NCBI GenBank assembly: GCA_035577545.1
Contig: DATLVI010000013.1
Span: forward strand, 67,778-131,777
Origin: Verrucomicrobiia bacterium
Lineage (GTDB): Bacteria; Verrucomicrobiota; Verrucomicrobiia; Palsa-1439
Reading direction: 5' to 3'
Length of the DNA stretch: 64,000 nucleotides
The translations under genes were made by a program, and so were the position numbers. Positions 20,103 to 28,891 of this stretch are shown here, in pieces. The stretch's first letter is position 1, and every line of letters starts with the position of its first letter. Under the pieces are notes generated by a model, which was given only the letters and a program-made list of their open reading frames with translations, ran no database searches and was not told where the DNA came from.

Positions 20103-22487
20103 TCATTTCTGTGGAAGCGATTGCAAGAGATTGGAATTATCCAAAGTGCGATCCTGGAAGATTGCCGCACGATTTTTTCCAGTCATCGGCGCATGGGCGA
20201 TAATCTTTTGCTGGCCGGTCTGCGGGTCAACAAGGGTCAAGCTCACGGTATTGTCTGAACCGACCGGATGCTTCATCTCGGACAAGACAATCACCAAATC
20301 TTCGGCAAATCGTTTTTGGGCCCAGCCTTCTCCAAACGGCGGTTGTCCGTATTGATGGCGACAAAAATCAAGTATCTCGGTGACCGACAAATCATCTATT
20401 GCCGCCAATTCGTATTCGGAGTCGTTGTAAGCAACAACAACTTTATTGATGTCGTTTGTATCGAAATGCACCATGGTAAATGGAGAAAGGTATTTCGCCG
20501 TGTCCCTGAATGGATTGGTTTTCGTCTGTGTCGTGGTAGCGTCTTTCAACATCCAGCTTAGTTCGCCCGTCAATCCTTCGTCGACTGGTTTCCCCTTGGC
20601 ATCTTCGCCTACGCGACGGTGCAGCAAGAATAAGAGGAACTGGCTCCATTGTTCGGTCAGTCCTCTGGGCTTGCCGAGATGCGTCTGGCGCACTTGTTCG
20701 ACGACCTTGGCTGCGGTCGCCTCATCCGGCAACACGAAGCCAATCAGGTGGGCCGATGCGTCTTGCAAGTGACTTGAGCCCGCCAATACCTTGCCGCCGA
20801 CGGTCATAAGCGCGGGTGATATCAGGCAGTCAAGATTCGTCACTTCTGCGGCAATGTCAGCGCGGTAATCGAAAACCGGGCCGGTGAATCGCACAAGCAG
20901 TTCGTGGTTGTCGGCGGAGCGCCCGGTTTCACAAGCGAGTTTCACTAGGACGACTTGTCCGCGATTGGTAACGTCGGTCACGCGAATCGCGGCTTCGCCA
21001 TATGGCTCTCTAATCGAGTTGTTAATGCGGTCTGGAAACCAGACGCCGACAGGCTCACGGCGGCTCAGCAACCGCGGGCCGAGAGCCATGAGCATGATGG
21101 TAGCGTAAAATACGAGCGCCTTCCCGATATTCTGCCTGGTGAATGAGAATTTCCGCAAGGATTCAGGTTTGATTCCACGCGCCCTGGCCCATTCGGTGGA
21201 ACAGTGCAGTTCCCACAGCATCTTGTACCAGACCGGATAGAACGCGAAGCCTACACCGCACACCGCCAACGCCAGCTTCCAGTTATTAAATGGTGCCGGG
21301 GCAAAGAACAGGATGAAGACCGGGGCAAAACACGTTGCGGCGTTCCAGATACCGAACAATGCGCCGCGAGTCGCCACGTCTCGCTTTTCTGTCTTGGTCA
21401 TGTGCGCGACAATTTCCCGCACCTCGGGCGAAGCGAAGGGCGACCACGTTGCCCAATTCCAACACGCGGATGGAGCCCGCCTTTCATTAAGAGCGGTCGG
21501 TTGGGAGTCAGGTTGGACCGGTTCCGTACCGGCAATTGTCTCTAGCTGCGTCTTCATTGCACTGGCTTGCTGGTACCGCAGTTCTGGTTTCTTTTCCAAA
21601 GCACGCAGCACCACTTCGTCGAGACGTACATCGATGTGAACTTTCTTGGACGGTGCTTCAATTTTCTTCTCGGGAAGTTCGCCGGTGAGCATCTGGTAGA
21701 ACACGACGCCCAGCGCGTAAATGTCCGCGCGATGATCTACTTCGGCGGGATGCGCGATCTGCTCGGGGGACATGTATTGCGGCGTGCCGATGATTTTGCC
21801 CGTCTCGGTCAGCAAAGGCGCGCCAGTTCCGTAGGCATGGGGAACCGGTTCATTTGCACCACCGATGATTTTGGCCAGCCCGAAGTCCGCAACCTTCACG
21901 CGCCCGCGACGATCGAGGAGGATATTTTCCGGCTTGATGTCGCGATGAACGATGCCCTGGTCGTGGGCAAACTGGAGCGCATCGCAGATCTGCGGCACAA
22001 TGGCCAACGCTTCGCGTGGGGCGATGCGGCCATTGACGAGCAACTGCCGCAGATTTACGCCGTCCACATATTCCATCATGAAGAAGTGCAGGCCGCCCGC
22101 CTGGCCGAACTCGTAGAGGATGACGATGCCGGGGTGGTTGAGTCGCGCGAGCGCCTGGGCTTCGCGAGCAAAACGTTCGGCAAAGGCTGGGTCGCTGCCG
22201 ATGCTGGGCGGAAGGATCTTGAGCGCCACGAAGCGATTCAGTCGTGGTTGCCGGGCTTTATAAACGGCGCCCATGCCACCCTTGCCGATGAGTTCGAGGA
22301 TTTCCAGTTGCGGAAAGAGTTTGGCCAACTCCTCCACCGGGGGCGGAATGAAGGGGGGTTGCTTGGCTCCGGCCGATTCCACGCCGGTGGGAAAACCGGA
22401 TTTGATGAGACATTCCGGGCACAAGCCCAATGGCACATCCGGGGCGAGCGGTTTCTGGCAACTTGGGCAAATGCGTTCGGTATCCAT
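20103..22487 (-). CDS. Hanks-type Ser/Thr protein kinase with N-terminal zinc ribbon, TM segments and a large C-terminal extracytoplasmic domain
   Basis: 794 aa. CPSCQ..CPEC zinc ribbon. Kinase motifs: GKGGMGAVYKA, VALK, HRDIKPENILL, DFGLAK, GTPQYMSPE. Hydrophobic helices around residues 370-450. Confidence 0.8.
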   Translation of the reverse strand: MDTERICPSCQKPLAPDVPLGLCPECLIKSGFPTGVESAGAKQPPFIPPPVEELAKLFPQLEILELIGKGGMGAVYKARQPRLNRFVALKILPPSIGSDPAFAERFAREAQALARLNHPGIVILYEFGQAGGLHFFMMEYVDGVNLRQLLVNGRIAPREALAIVPQICDALQFAHDQGIVHRDIKPENILLDRRGRVKVADFGLAKIIGGANEPVPHAYGTGAPLLTETGKIIGTPQYMSPEQIAHPAEVDHRADIYALGVVFYQMLTGELPEKKIEAPSKKVHIDVRLDEVVLRALEKKPELRYQQASAMKTQLETIAGTEPVQPDSQPTALNERRAPSACWNWATWSPFASPEVREIVAHMTKTEKRDVATRGALFGIWNAATCFAPVFILFFAPAPFNNWKLALAVCGVGFAFYPVWYKMLWELHCSTEWARARGIKPESLRKFSFTRQNIGKALVFYATIMLMALGPRLLSRREPVGVWFPDRINNSIREPYGEAAIRVTDVTNRGQVVLVKLACETGRSADNHELLVRFTGPVFDYRADIAAEVTNLDCLISPALMTVGGKVLAGSSHLQDASAHLIGFVLPDEATAAKVVEQVRQTHLGKPRGLTEQWSQFLLFLLHRRVGEDAKGKPVDEGLTGELSWMLKDATTTQTKTNPFRDTAKYLSPFTMVHFDTNDINKVVVAYNDSEYELAAIDDLSVTEILDFCRHQYGQPPFGEGWAQKRFAEDLVIVLSEMKHPVGSDNTVSLTLVDPQTGQQKIIAHAPMTGKNRAAIFQDRTLDNSNLLQSLPQK

Positions 22488-22549
22488 ATGATCGTCGCTT
22501 CTACCCAGTTCTTAGGAATTGCGGGAGAAAGGTTACAGGCCGATGCAAA

Positions 22550-23323
22550 TTAATTTCCGGCCAGCACAGCAAAGAGGTGGCGCAATTCCTCATCAATGTC
22601 CTCCGACTCGGCCATCGTCCCGCCAATCTCCTCGCGGAGTAATTGCCGGTAGCGTTTACGCAGACGATGCACCGCCACCTTGACGGCACCTTCCTGCATG
22701 TCCAAGCCGGCGGCCAGTTTCGCATAGGGCTGTAGTTCGCGATCGCCGACCAAGGTTGGGTGCAACGCGGCAAATAAGACACGCTTTCCCTCGCGTTCGT
22801 ATTCATTTCGCAGGCGGTGCAGTACCGTGTCGAGCAAGGTCAAGGCCCAGCGTCGCTCGAAGTATTGCTCCGGGGTGCTGTTGTCCGCTGGCTCATTCCC
22901 ATACCGGGTTTCTCCGGTATCGAGTTGCAACGGCAGCGGCGGAATCCCGCCTCCACGTTTTTGGGCGCGCAGCTTGTCCCATTCGTCAGACAAAAATCGG
23001 CTCATGGCCGTGAGGAGAAATGTCCGGAAGCGTCCGCGCTCTTGTTTTGCGTCACCTACCCAGTGACGTTCGAGCAATCGCGCAAAGAAAGCCTGGGTAA
23101 GATCCTGGGCATCGTGCACCGAATGACCTCGCCGGCGCACGTAAGCGTACAAGGGATACCAGTAAGTCTGGCAAAGCTTCGCCAGGGCATCCCGCGCCTG
23201 GGTTGTGTCACTCTGTCCGGCTTTCAAGACCACCGACCAATGCGTCGTGGTGAAAACAGGATCTTGATATGCACCCGCCGCAGATTTGTTCAACCCGGGT
23301 GCGCCGTTGGTCGACGTGCTCAC
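22550..23323 (-). CDS. ECF-type RNA polymerase sigma factor (Ser/Thr-kinase-associated PVC-type ECF)
   Basis: 257 aa. N-terminal motif typical of PVC ECF sigma factors: THWSVVLKAGQSDTTQARDALAKLCQTYWYPLYAYVRRRG. Region-4-like C-terminus. Lies immediately upstream of the kinase. Confidence 0.7.
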   Translation of the reverse strand: MSTSTNGAPGLNKSAAGAYQDPVFTTTHWSVVLKAGQSDTTQARDALAKLCQTYWYPLYAYVRRRGHSVHDAQDLTQAFFARLLERHWVGDAKQERGRFRTFLLTAMSRFLSDEWDKLRAQKRGGGIPPLPLQLDTGETRYGNEPADNSTPEQYFERRWALTLLDTVLHRLRNEYEREGKRVLFAALHPTLVGDRELQPYAKLAAGLDMQEGAVKVAVHRLRKRYRQLLREEIGGTMAESEDIDEELRHLFAVLAGN

Positions 23324-23397
23324 GGTGTTTCAGAGTAAAGAGGGACGAACGTCAAAGCAAGCCCTTGCCACCCGGTTTCCAGCGGATCGCTGCACAC

Positions 23398-24381
23398 TCA
23401 CGGTCCGACCGTGACGGATATCAACTCCAGCCTTTCAGCGGTGGCCAGATCGATGACCAACACGTTGCCGACACCCGAGGCGTAGTACTTATTCTCCATG
23501 GCATCGGGTTCGAGGGGCGAGGTCTCCAGGGTCTTCAAGCAGTTCGTGAACGTGCCGGAGGCGACGATGACAGTGTTGGTCAAGCTGATGACTTCCGCGA
23601 AGTCCTCGGCGTTGCCGAGATCGAACTCCTGCCGGTAGAAATCGCCGACTGTGGGATTGGCTTTCATGATGATGCCGGGTTGGGCGCCGTTGGTGCCGCC
23701 CTTGAACGAGCCGTCGATGCTGGTGATTTCGTTACCGTCCAGTTCATGGGTGTTTTCGCCGAAGTACCAGACGTTACCGTCCTTGTCCTGCGCGAACCAA
23801 TCGAGCGTGTCCTCTGTCAACACACCATCCGCATACACGACGTCGTGAACTTCGACGCAGGTGACACCGAAGATCACTTTCGTGTTATGGGTCACGGAAA
23901 CGACGTTACTTTCGATCGGGCTGACGTACGTGAACGTCGTGCCGGGGATGAGAGGCATGAATGAATTGGTGATCGTGCCGACAAAGTTCGACGCAACAAT
24001 CGACGGTTCGTAAGTAGCTTTGCCCAGGCGGGCGCAGCCCGCAAGCCGGGCAGCCGTCTGGGCCTTACACGTGTCCAGGGCATCTTTCAGATCGGATTTG
24101 GCTTGGGCCTGACACGCCTTCTGGGCGACGGGATCGGCGATATTGGCGCACTTGCCCAAGGCCAGGTTGTAATCGCTCTTGGCCCCCTCCACGCAGGCCT
24201 TCGCCGCCGCCAGCGAGGTCGTCTTACAGGGATCACCGCCGGCAGTCGCGGTGGTGCTGCCGATACCGAGACTGAGAACAGTCCCCGCCGCCAGGACAGC
24301 CGCGATGGACAAACTTCTCGAGCCGATTCTGCCAGATGCTCTTTGTGACGATGTCTTCACAAGCTTCGGGTGCTGCTTCAT
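23398..24381 (-). CDS. Secreted Cys-rich hypothetical protein (start at MKQHPKLV.., ~24381)
   Basis: Signal peptide, then a low-complexity KAC/KAQ-rich segment with 6 Cys, then a globular C-terminal domain. Lies upstream of the ECF sigma gene on the same strand. Confidence 0.4.
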   Translation of the reverse strand: MKQHPKLVKTSSQRASGRIGSRSLSIAAVLAAGTVLSLGIGSTTATAGGDPCKTTSLAAAKACVEGAKSDYNLALGKCANIADPVAQKACQAQAKSDLKDALDTCKAQTAARLAGCARLGKATYEPSIVASNFVGTITNSFMPLIPGTTFTYVSPIESNVVSVTHNTKVIFGVTCVEVHDVVYADGVLTEDTLDWFAQDKDGNVWYFGENTHELDGNEITSIDGSFKGGTNGAQPGIIMKANPTVGDFYRQEFDLGNAEDFAEVISLTNTVIVASGTFTNCLKTLETSPLEPDAMENKYYASGVGNVLVIDLATAERLELISVTVGP

Positions 24382-24554
24382 GAATTCCTCCTTGAAAGTT
24401 AAATGGCCCATTTCAATTTACCTGGATTCTACCAGAAGCAACGTTACCGGGAGGTGATGACAGGATGATTTCAACCTTGCACTTTGAGATGCGCGGGAGT
24501 ATTTAGCGGGCCAAGCTTGGAGATGGAGAGGCCCAGTCTGGGAGGTGATGGTAC

Positions 24555-26078
24555 GTGGCTACTTTCAATGCAGTTCCGCCCCGGCATGAGGACACCGGCG
24601 GGGCGCGCTATGGGTTTGACCCGATGCGGTTTGGTCTTATTGGCGCGGTGATTCTCGCCGTCGCGATTGTCTGCGGGTTCGTGTTTGCCTGGTTTTTCTG
24701 CCGCATCGAACCACCCACCGGAACCTGCGCGATCCTGACCCGGCTGGATGGCAAGGACATTCCCGCCAACGAAATTATCGCCACCTCACCGGAGCAAAAG
24801 GGCATCCAGTTGGATCCACTGAGCGAGGGCCGCTATTTTCGCAACCCGGTTTATTGGCACTGGGAAATTATGCCGTTGGTGCAGATCCAGCAGAGCGAAG
24901 TCGGCGTGCTGGTACGACAGTTTGGCAAGGCCGCGCCGCCGAGCCAGTTCATTGTGAAGAACAAGGAGGCGGACGGCACGCAGTACCGGGGCGTGATTGA
25001 CGAACCGTTGCGGCCGGGCACATACCGGATCAATCCCAACGCCTATCACGTCGAGAAACGGCCCGCGGTGAAGATCGAGCCCGGCGAGGTCGGTGTGGTC
25101 ACGCTCCGTTACGGACGCGACCCGGCCGAGGCGAACACAATTCTTGTGAAAGAAGGCGAGCGTGGTGTGCAGGAGACGCCGTTGCGGCCGGGCACGTACT
25201 ACCTCAACCCGTACATCTGTCGCGTGGACGTGGTCGGCGTGCAGAGCCATAAGACGGAATTCGAGATCAATTTCCTCTCGAAGGACGGGTTCCGCTTCCC
25301 GGTCAAGGGCGCGGTCGAGTGGGCGGTGGAGGAGGCGAAAGCGCCCGAGGTGTTCGTGAAGATCGGCGATGAAGAGGACATCGTCAATAAAGTGATCCTG
25401 CGCTCGGCGCTCTCGATGAGCCGTATCCAGGGATCGAAATACAGTTCCGCCGATGTCATCAGTGGCACGGTGCGCAAGGCGTTTCAGGACGAATTTAACA
25501 AGCACATCACCACCGAGTCAGCGAAGAAGAACATTTTGGTGAAGGCAGCGTTGATTAGTGAAATTGAGCCGTCGCAAAAAATCGCCGAGCCGATTCGCGA
25601 GCGGGAGATTGCCATCCAGACCCGCGCGAAGTACCAAAGCGAAATCGAGCGCGCCAAGTCGGATGCGAATGTTGCCGCTCAACGGAAGATGCAAGACCAA
25701 CGGGTCCGGTTCGTGACGGCGGAGACCACGCGCACCAACGAAATTCAAAAAGCCACCAAGGAACAACAGGTGCAGGTCATCGCCGCGCAGCGCGACCTCG
25801 ATGTCACCCGGAAGGACCTGGAAACAGCGGAGAACCAATCGCAGGCGATCATTTCCACGGGACAGGGCGATGCGGACGTGATTACCTACACGCGGACGGC
25901 CGAGGCGAACGCGCTGCGATCGATCATTCTGCCATTCGGCAGTGGGGAGGCGTACGCGCGGTATCTGTATTTGAAGAAGATCGCGCCGAACATTGATTCG
26001 ATTCTCGCCAATTCGGACGGGCCGCTTGCGGAACCGTTTCGAGACCTTTCCAGATCGTCGAAAGGGGGTGCCAAGTGA
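24555..26078 (+). CDS. SPFH/band-7 domain membrane protein with a triplicated N-terminal SPFH-hairpin motif and a coiled-coil tail
   Basis: 507 aa. N-terminal TM helix. Three ~55-aa repeats of G(E)VGV(L/V)..G..P..PGTY.(L/I)NPY, resembling the HflK/C N-terminal ERGVV..PGLHF.PF hairpin. A complete SPFH-like region and a KR/E-rich coiled coil follow. Confidence 0.6.
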   Translation: MATFNAVPPRHEDTGGARYGFDPMRFGLIGAVILAVAIVCGFVFAWFFCRIEPPTGTCAILTRLDGKDIPANEIIATSPEQKGIQLDPLSEGRYFRNPVYWHWEIMPLVQIQQSEVGVLVRQFGKAAPPSQFIVKNKEADGTQYRGVIDEPLRPGTYRINPNAYHVEKRPAVKIEPGEVGVVTLRYGRDPAEANTILVKEGERGVQETPLRPGTYYLNPYICRVDVVGVQSHKTEFEINFLSKDGFRFPVKGAVEWAVEEAKAPEVFVKIGDEEDIVNKVILRSALSMSRIQGSKYSSADVISGTVRKAFQDEFNKHITTESAKKNILVKAALISEIEPSQKIAEPIREREIAIQTRAKYQSEIERAKSDANVAAQRKMQDQRVRFVTAETTRTNEIQKATKEQQVQVIAAQRDLDVTRKDLETAENQSQAIISTGQGDADVITYTRTAEANALRSIILPFGSGEAYARYLYLKKIAPNIDSILANSDGPLAEPFRDLSRSSKGGAK

Positions 26079-27697
26079 TGAAGAACCGCACTCTCACCAT
26101 GGCACTTGGCGCGGCGCTGGTGCTGCTGCTTGCGTTCGTGTTCGTCTATGAAGGTTTCTGGGTTTGGGTGGTGGAGAATACGGTCGTGCCATCCAACAGG
26201 ATGCTGGTGTTGATTGCCAAGACGGGCAAGGAAATGCCGGCTGGCCAGATCATCGCCGAGCCCGGACAAAAAGGCGTGCTCCTCGAACCGCTCGGCCCGG
26301 GCCGTCACTTCGTCAATCCGTTCCTGTACGAGCGACAACTGAAAGATCAGGTGATCGTGTCCGGCGGCGAAGTCGGCGTGGTGATCACCAAGTTTGGCAA
26401 GGAACTTCCCGCGGGCGAATTCCTGGCCGGCCCCGGCGAGCGTGGCATCCAGCGCGAGGTCCTCTTGCCCGGCACCTATCGCCTCAATCCGTACGCCTAC
26501 GAGATTCGCGTGGTAAAAATGATCGAGATCGATCCCGGTTACGTGGGCGTCGTCACGGCGCGTTCGGGCAAACCCGCGCAGACGCAACTCGCCGGTCCGG
26601 GTGAACGCGGCGTGCAAAAAGTTGTCCTGCAGCCCGGCCTGTACCCGCTCAACCCCGAGGCGTTTTCGGTCGAGCGCATTGAGATCGGCTACAACCAGAT
26701 CACGATGGCCCACGCGGGCAAGCTCCCGCTGTCAAATACTTCGGGCCAGTTTGCCGGTAAGGAGAAACAGGCGCAAGCGATTGGTGAGGCGGCGGAACGG
26801 GCCCGGGTCCCCTCAGGTCAATACGGTATTCCTGTCCTGCCCGCGGTCACGTTTCCGTCGAGCGATGGGTTTGAGATCACTATCGACGTGACATTGCTCT
26901 GGCAATTGCTGCCGGAGGACGCCCCGTCGGTCGTAGCACGGTACGGCAACATCAAGAAGATCGAGGAGAACATCCTGATCCCCCAGATCAACTCCACGGC
27001 CCGCATCAAGGGATCCACATTCGGTGCGGTGGACTTCATCGTCGGCGACAAACGCGAGGAGTTCCAGCGGGCGTTCCAGGAAACCATCGAGACCACGCTC
27101 CAGGAGAAGAAGCTGCAGGTGGACCTTGCGCTTGTGCAAGACACGCTGGTGCCCGACAACATTTCGGGGCCGATCCAGGATGCGCGGATCGCCGCCGAAT
27201 GGAACATCACGAACGTGGAGAAGACGAAGACGGAAGCCAACAAGGCTCAGCTCGACGAGAACGTCGGCAAGATTCGCCAGATCGAACAGGTTGTCGAGTA
27301 CGAGACCCAGCGGTTGGAAGGGAACATTCACGCGGAACAGGAGAAACAGGTGAACGAGACCGCCGCGCAGACGCGGTTGCTCGTCGCCGAGTTGGCGCGG
27401 CAAACCGCAGCGATTCGCGCGGACATCAAACGCAAACTCGGCGGCGCGGAGGCGAAAGTGGTGGAGTTGAAGGGCAGGGCGGAAGGCGACGGTTACGCGT
27501 TACAGGTGAAAGCGGTCGGCACACCAGCGGACTACGCATTCTATCAATTCGCGCAACAATTGCCCGACCAGATGAAGCTCATGTTGATCTATGCCGGTGC
27601 CGGCACACTGTGGACGGACCTGGATAAGGCCATGAAGATCGCGCCGCTCGGCGTGCTGCAGGAGCTGCAACAAGGTCCGGCGCCCGCGAACAAATGA
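26075..27697 (+). CDS. SPFH/band-7 domain membrane protein, paralog of the upstream gene (same triplicated motif)
   Basis: GTG/ATG start overlaps the upstream TGA. 540 aa with TM helix, three GEVGVV..PGTYRLNPYAYE-type repeats, an SPFH region and a long coiled coil. Confidence 0.6.
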   Translation: MMKNRTLTMALGAALVLLLAFVFVYEGFWVWVVENTVVPSNRMLVLIAKTGKEMPAGQIIAEPGQKGVLLEPLGPGRHFVNPFLYERQLKDQVIVSGGEVGVVITKFGKELPAGEFLAGPGERGIQREVLLPGTYRLNPYAYEIRVVKMIEIDPGYVGVVTARSGKPAQTQLAGPGERGVQKVVLQPGLYPLNPEAFSVERIEIGYNQITMAHAGKLPLSNTSGQFAGKEKQAQAIGEAAERARVPSGQYGIPVLPAVTFPSSDGFEITIDVTLLWQLLPEDAPSVVARYGNIKKIEENILIPQINSTARIKGSTFGAVDFIVGDKREEFQRAFQETIETTLQEKKLQVDLALVQDTLVPDNISGPIQDARIAAEWNITNVEKTKTEANKAQLDENVGKIRQIEQVVEYETQRLEGNIHAEQEKQVNETAAQTRLLVAELARQTAAIRADIKRKLGGAEAKVVELKGRAEGDGYALQVKAVGTPADYAFYQFAQQLPDQMKLMLIYAGAGTLWTDLDKAMKIAPLGVLQELQQGPAPANK

Positions 27698-28110
27698 GGC
27701 CAGCGCTTATGTCCGCGAACTTCGACCACCGCATCTTCCACCGGCGCCGCAAATTGTTCAAGGTGATCGGCCTCGCGCTGGTGCTGGCGGGAGCGTTCGT
27801 GCTCCTGAATATGATGGGCGAATTGCCCGAGGAACCGCTCAAAGGCACCGGTGCGATCTTCGGGGGGACCGTGTTGATCCTGTTCGGGATTCTTTTCCTG
27901 TATCAGGGCTACAAGCTCCCGCTCGAAGAAGCCCTGGAACTCATCCACGAACGCGGCCGCGGCGTCACCGAGTCCGAAATCGTCCACGCCATGCGCGTGG
28001 ACCAGCCCACCGCCGGTCGCATCCTCCGTGCCTTGATTGCCAAGGGTTTCCTCCGCCGCGCCACCGAGCAACCCAGCCATACCGAGGAAGTCTTCGAGCC
28101 CGTGAGATAG
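27694..28110 (+). CDS. Small membrane protein with a C-terminal winged-helix (MarR/PadR-like) domain
   Basis: ATGA overlap with the upstream SPFH gene. Two TM helices, then LELIHERGRGVTESEIVHAMRVDQPTAGRILRALIAKGFLRR (wHTH-like). Confidence 0.4.
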   Translation: MRPALMSANFDHRIFHRRRKLFKVIGLALVLAGAFVLLNMMGELPEEPLKGTGAIFGGTVLILFGILFLYQGYKLPLEEALELIHERGRGVTESEIVHAMRVDQPTAGRILRALIAKGFLRRATEQPSHTEEVFEPVR

Positions 28111-28263
28111 GCAGCCTCGGTGGCTGCCGCCGGGCCGTGACTGTCACCGTCCGGTAGAAAAGTATGACCCTTCTGGAACAAAACCCCAGTTCGCGTATCT
28201 TATCTCCGGGTTATAGTAGGCGTGTGTTCACCAATAAATCTGTTGCCATGGGGGATCAAGAGA

Positions 28264-28887
28264 ATGAAGACCGCGGCGAAATCACTACTTGTTTTGGCAT
28301 GTTTACTGTCCAGCCATTTGGCGGCCGCTCTGGCCGCGACGAACACGATCCAGATTTTCAACTTCGATTTCGGTGCACTTCCGTCAACCCACATCAATCC
28401 AATCATCACGCTCGGCGACACGGTTACCTGGGTCTGGACGAATGGGTTTCACAGCACCACGGCGGCGCCGGGCCAGCTCGATAGTTGGGATTCCGGCGTC
28501 CACAGTCCGCCGTTTTCCTTCAGCCATACATTTGGCCAACTGGGTACTTTCAATTATTACTGCACGGTTCACGGTTTCAGTGCGGGCTGTCGGGGTGTTG
28601 GTGCGATGTCAGGAATTGTCACCGTGGTGCTCACCGGCTCGCCACCGTACCAGGTGACAGGGATTATGATGCAAGGCAGTGACATTCTTGTCACCTGGGT
28701 AACCGGCGGGATTTGCCAGACCAATATCCTGCAGCGGGCAACGGGTGCCGCTGACGGCAGCTACACCAACAATTTCACGGACATTTTCACCGTGGTCGGC
28801 GCTACGGGCAATACCACCAATTTTCTCGACGTCGGTGCGGCCACCAACTTTCCGTTCTGCTATTACCGCGTCAACGTTCCGCAGTAG
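28264..28887 (+). CDS. Secreted cupredoxin (type 1 blue copper, plastocyanin/azurin-like) fused to a conserved ~80-aa C-terminal domain
   Basis: Start at MKTAAKSLLVLACLLSSHLAAALAA. A Cu-ligand-like spacing: H in TNGFHST, then YYCTVHG..GAMSG (Cys, His, Met). The C-terminal 80 aa are ~55% identical to the C-terminus of the protein at 37995..39710, ending ..CYYRVNVPQ. Confidence 0.5.
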   Translation: MKTAAKSLLVLACLLSSHLAAALAATNTIQIFNFDFGALPSTHINPIITLGDTVTWVWTNGFHSTTAAPGQLDSWDSGVHSPPFSFSHTFGQLGTFNYYCTVHGFSAGCRGVGAMSGIVTVVLTGSPPYQVTGIMMQGSDILVTWVTGGICQTNILQRATGAADGSYTNNFTDIFTVVGATGNTTNFLDVGAATNFPFCYYRVNVPQ

Positions 28888-28891
28888 CAAG

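Noticed and set aside
19627-20106. 159-aa minus ORF downstream of the kinase
   Set aside because: Only the first ~50 codons (a hydrophobic segment, ATGA-coupled to the kinase stop) look protein-like. The remainder overlaps the better-supported membrane protein 19476..19850 and is GC-shadow-like. It is kept only as a possible short ORF in the findings.
21567-22553. 328-aa + ORF
   Set aside because: Antisense to the Ser/Thr kinase, which has unambiguous Hanks motifs.
24786-27403. Minus ORFs 24786..25505, 25886..26713 and 26813..27403
   Set aside because: Antisense shadows of the two SPFH genes (Arg/Leu/Asp-rich, no motifs).
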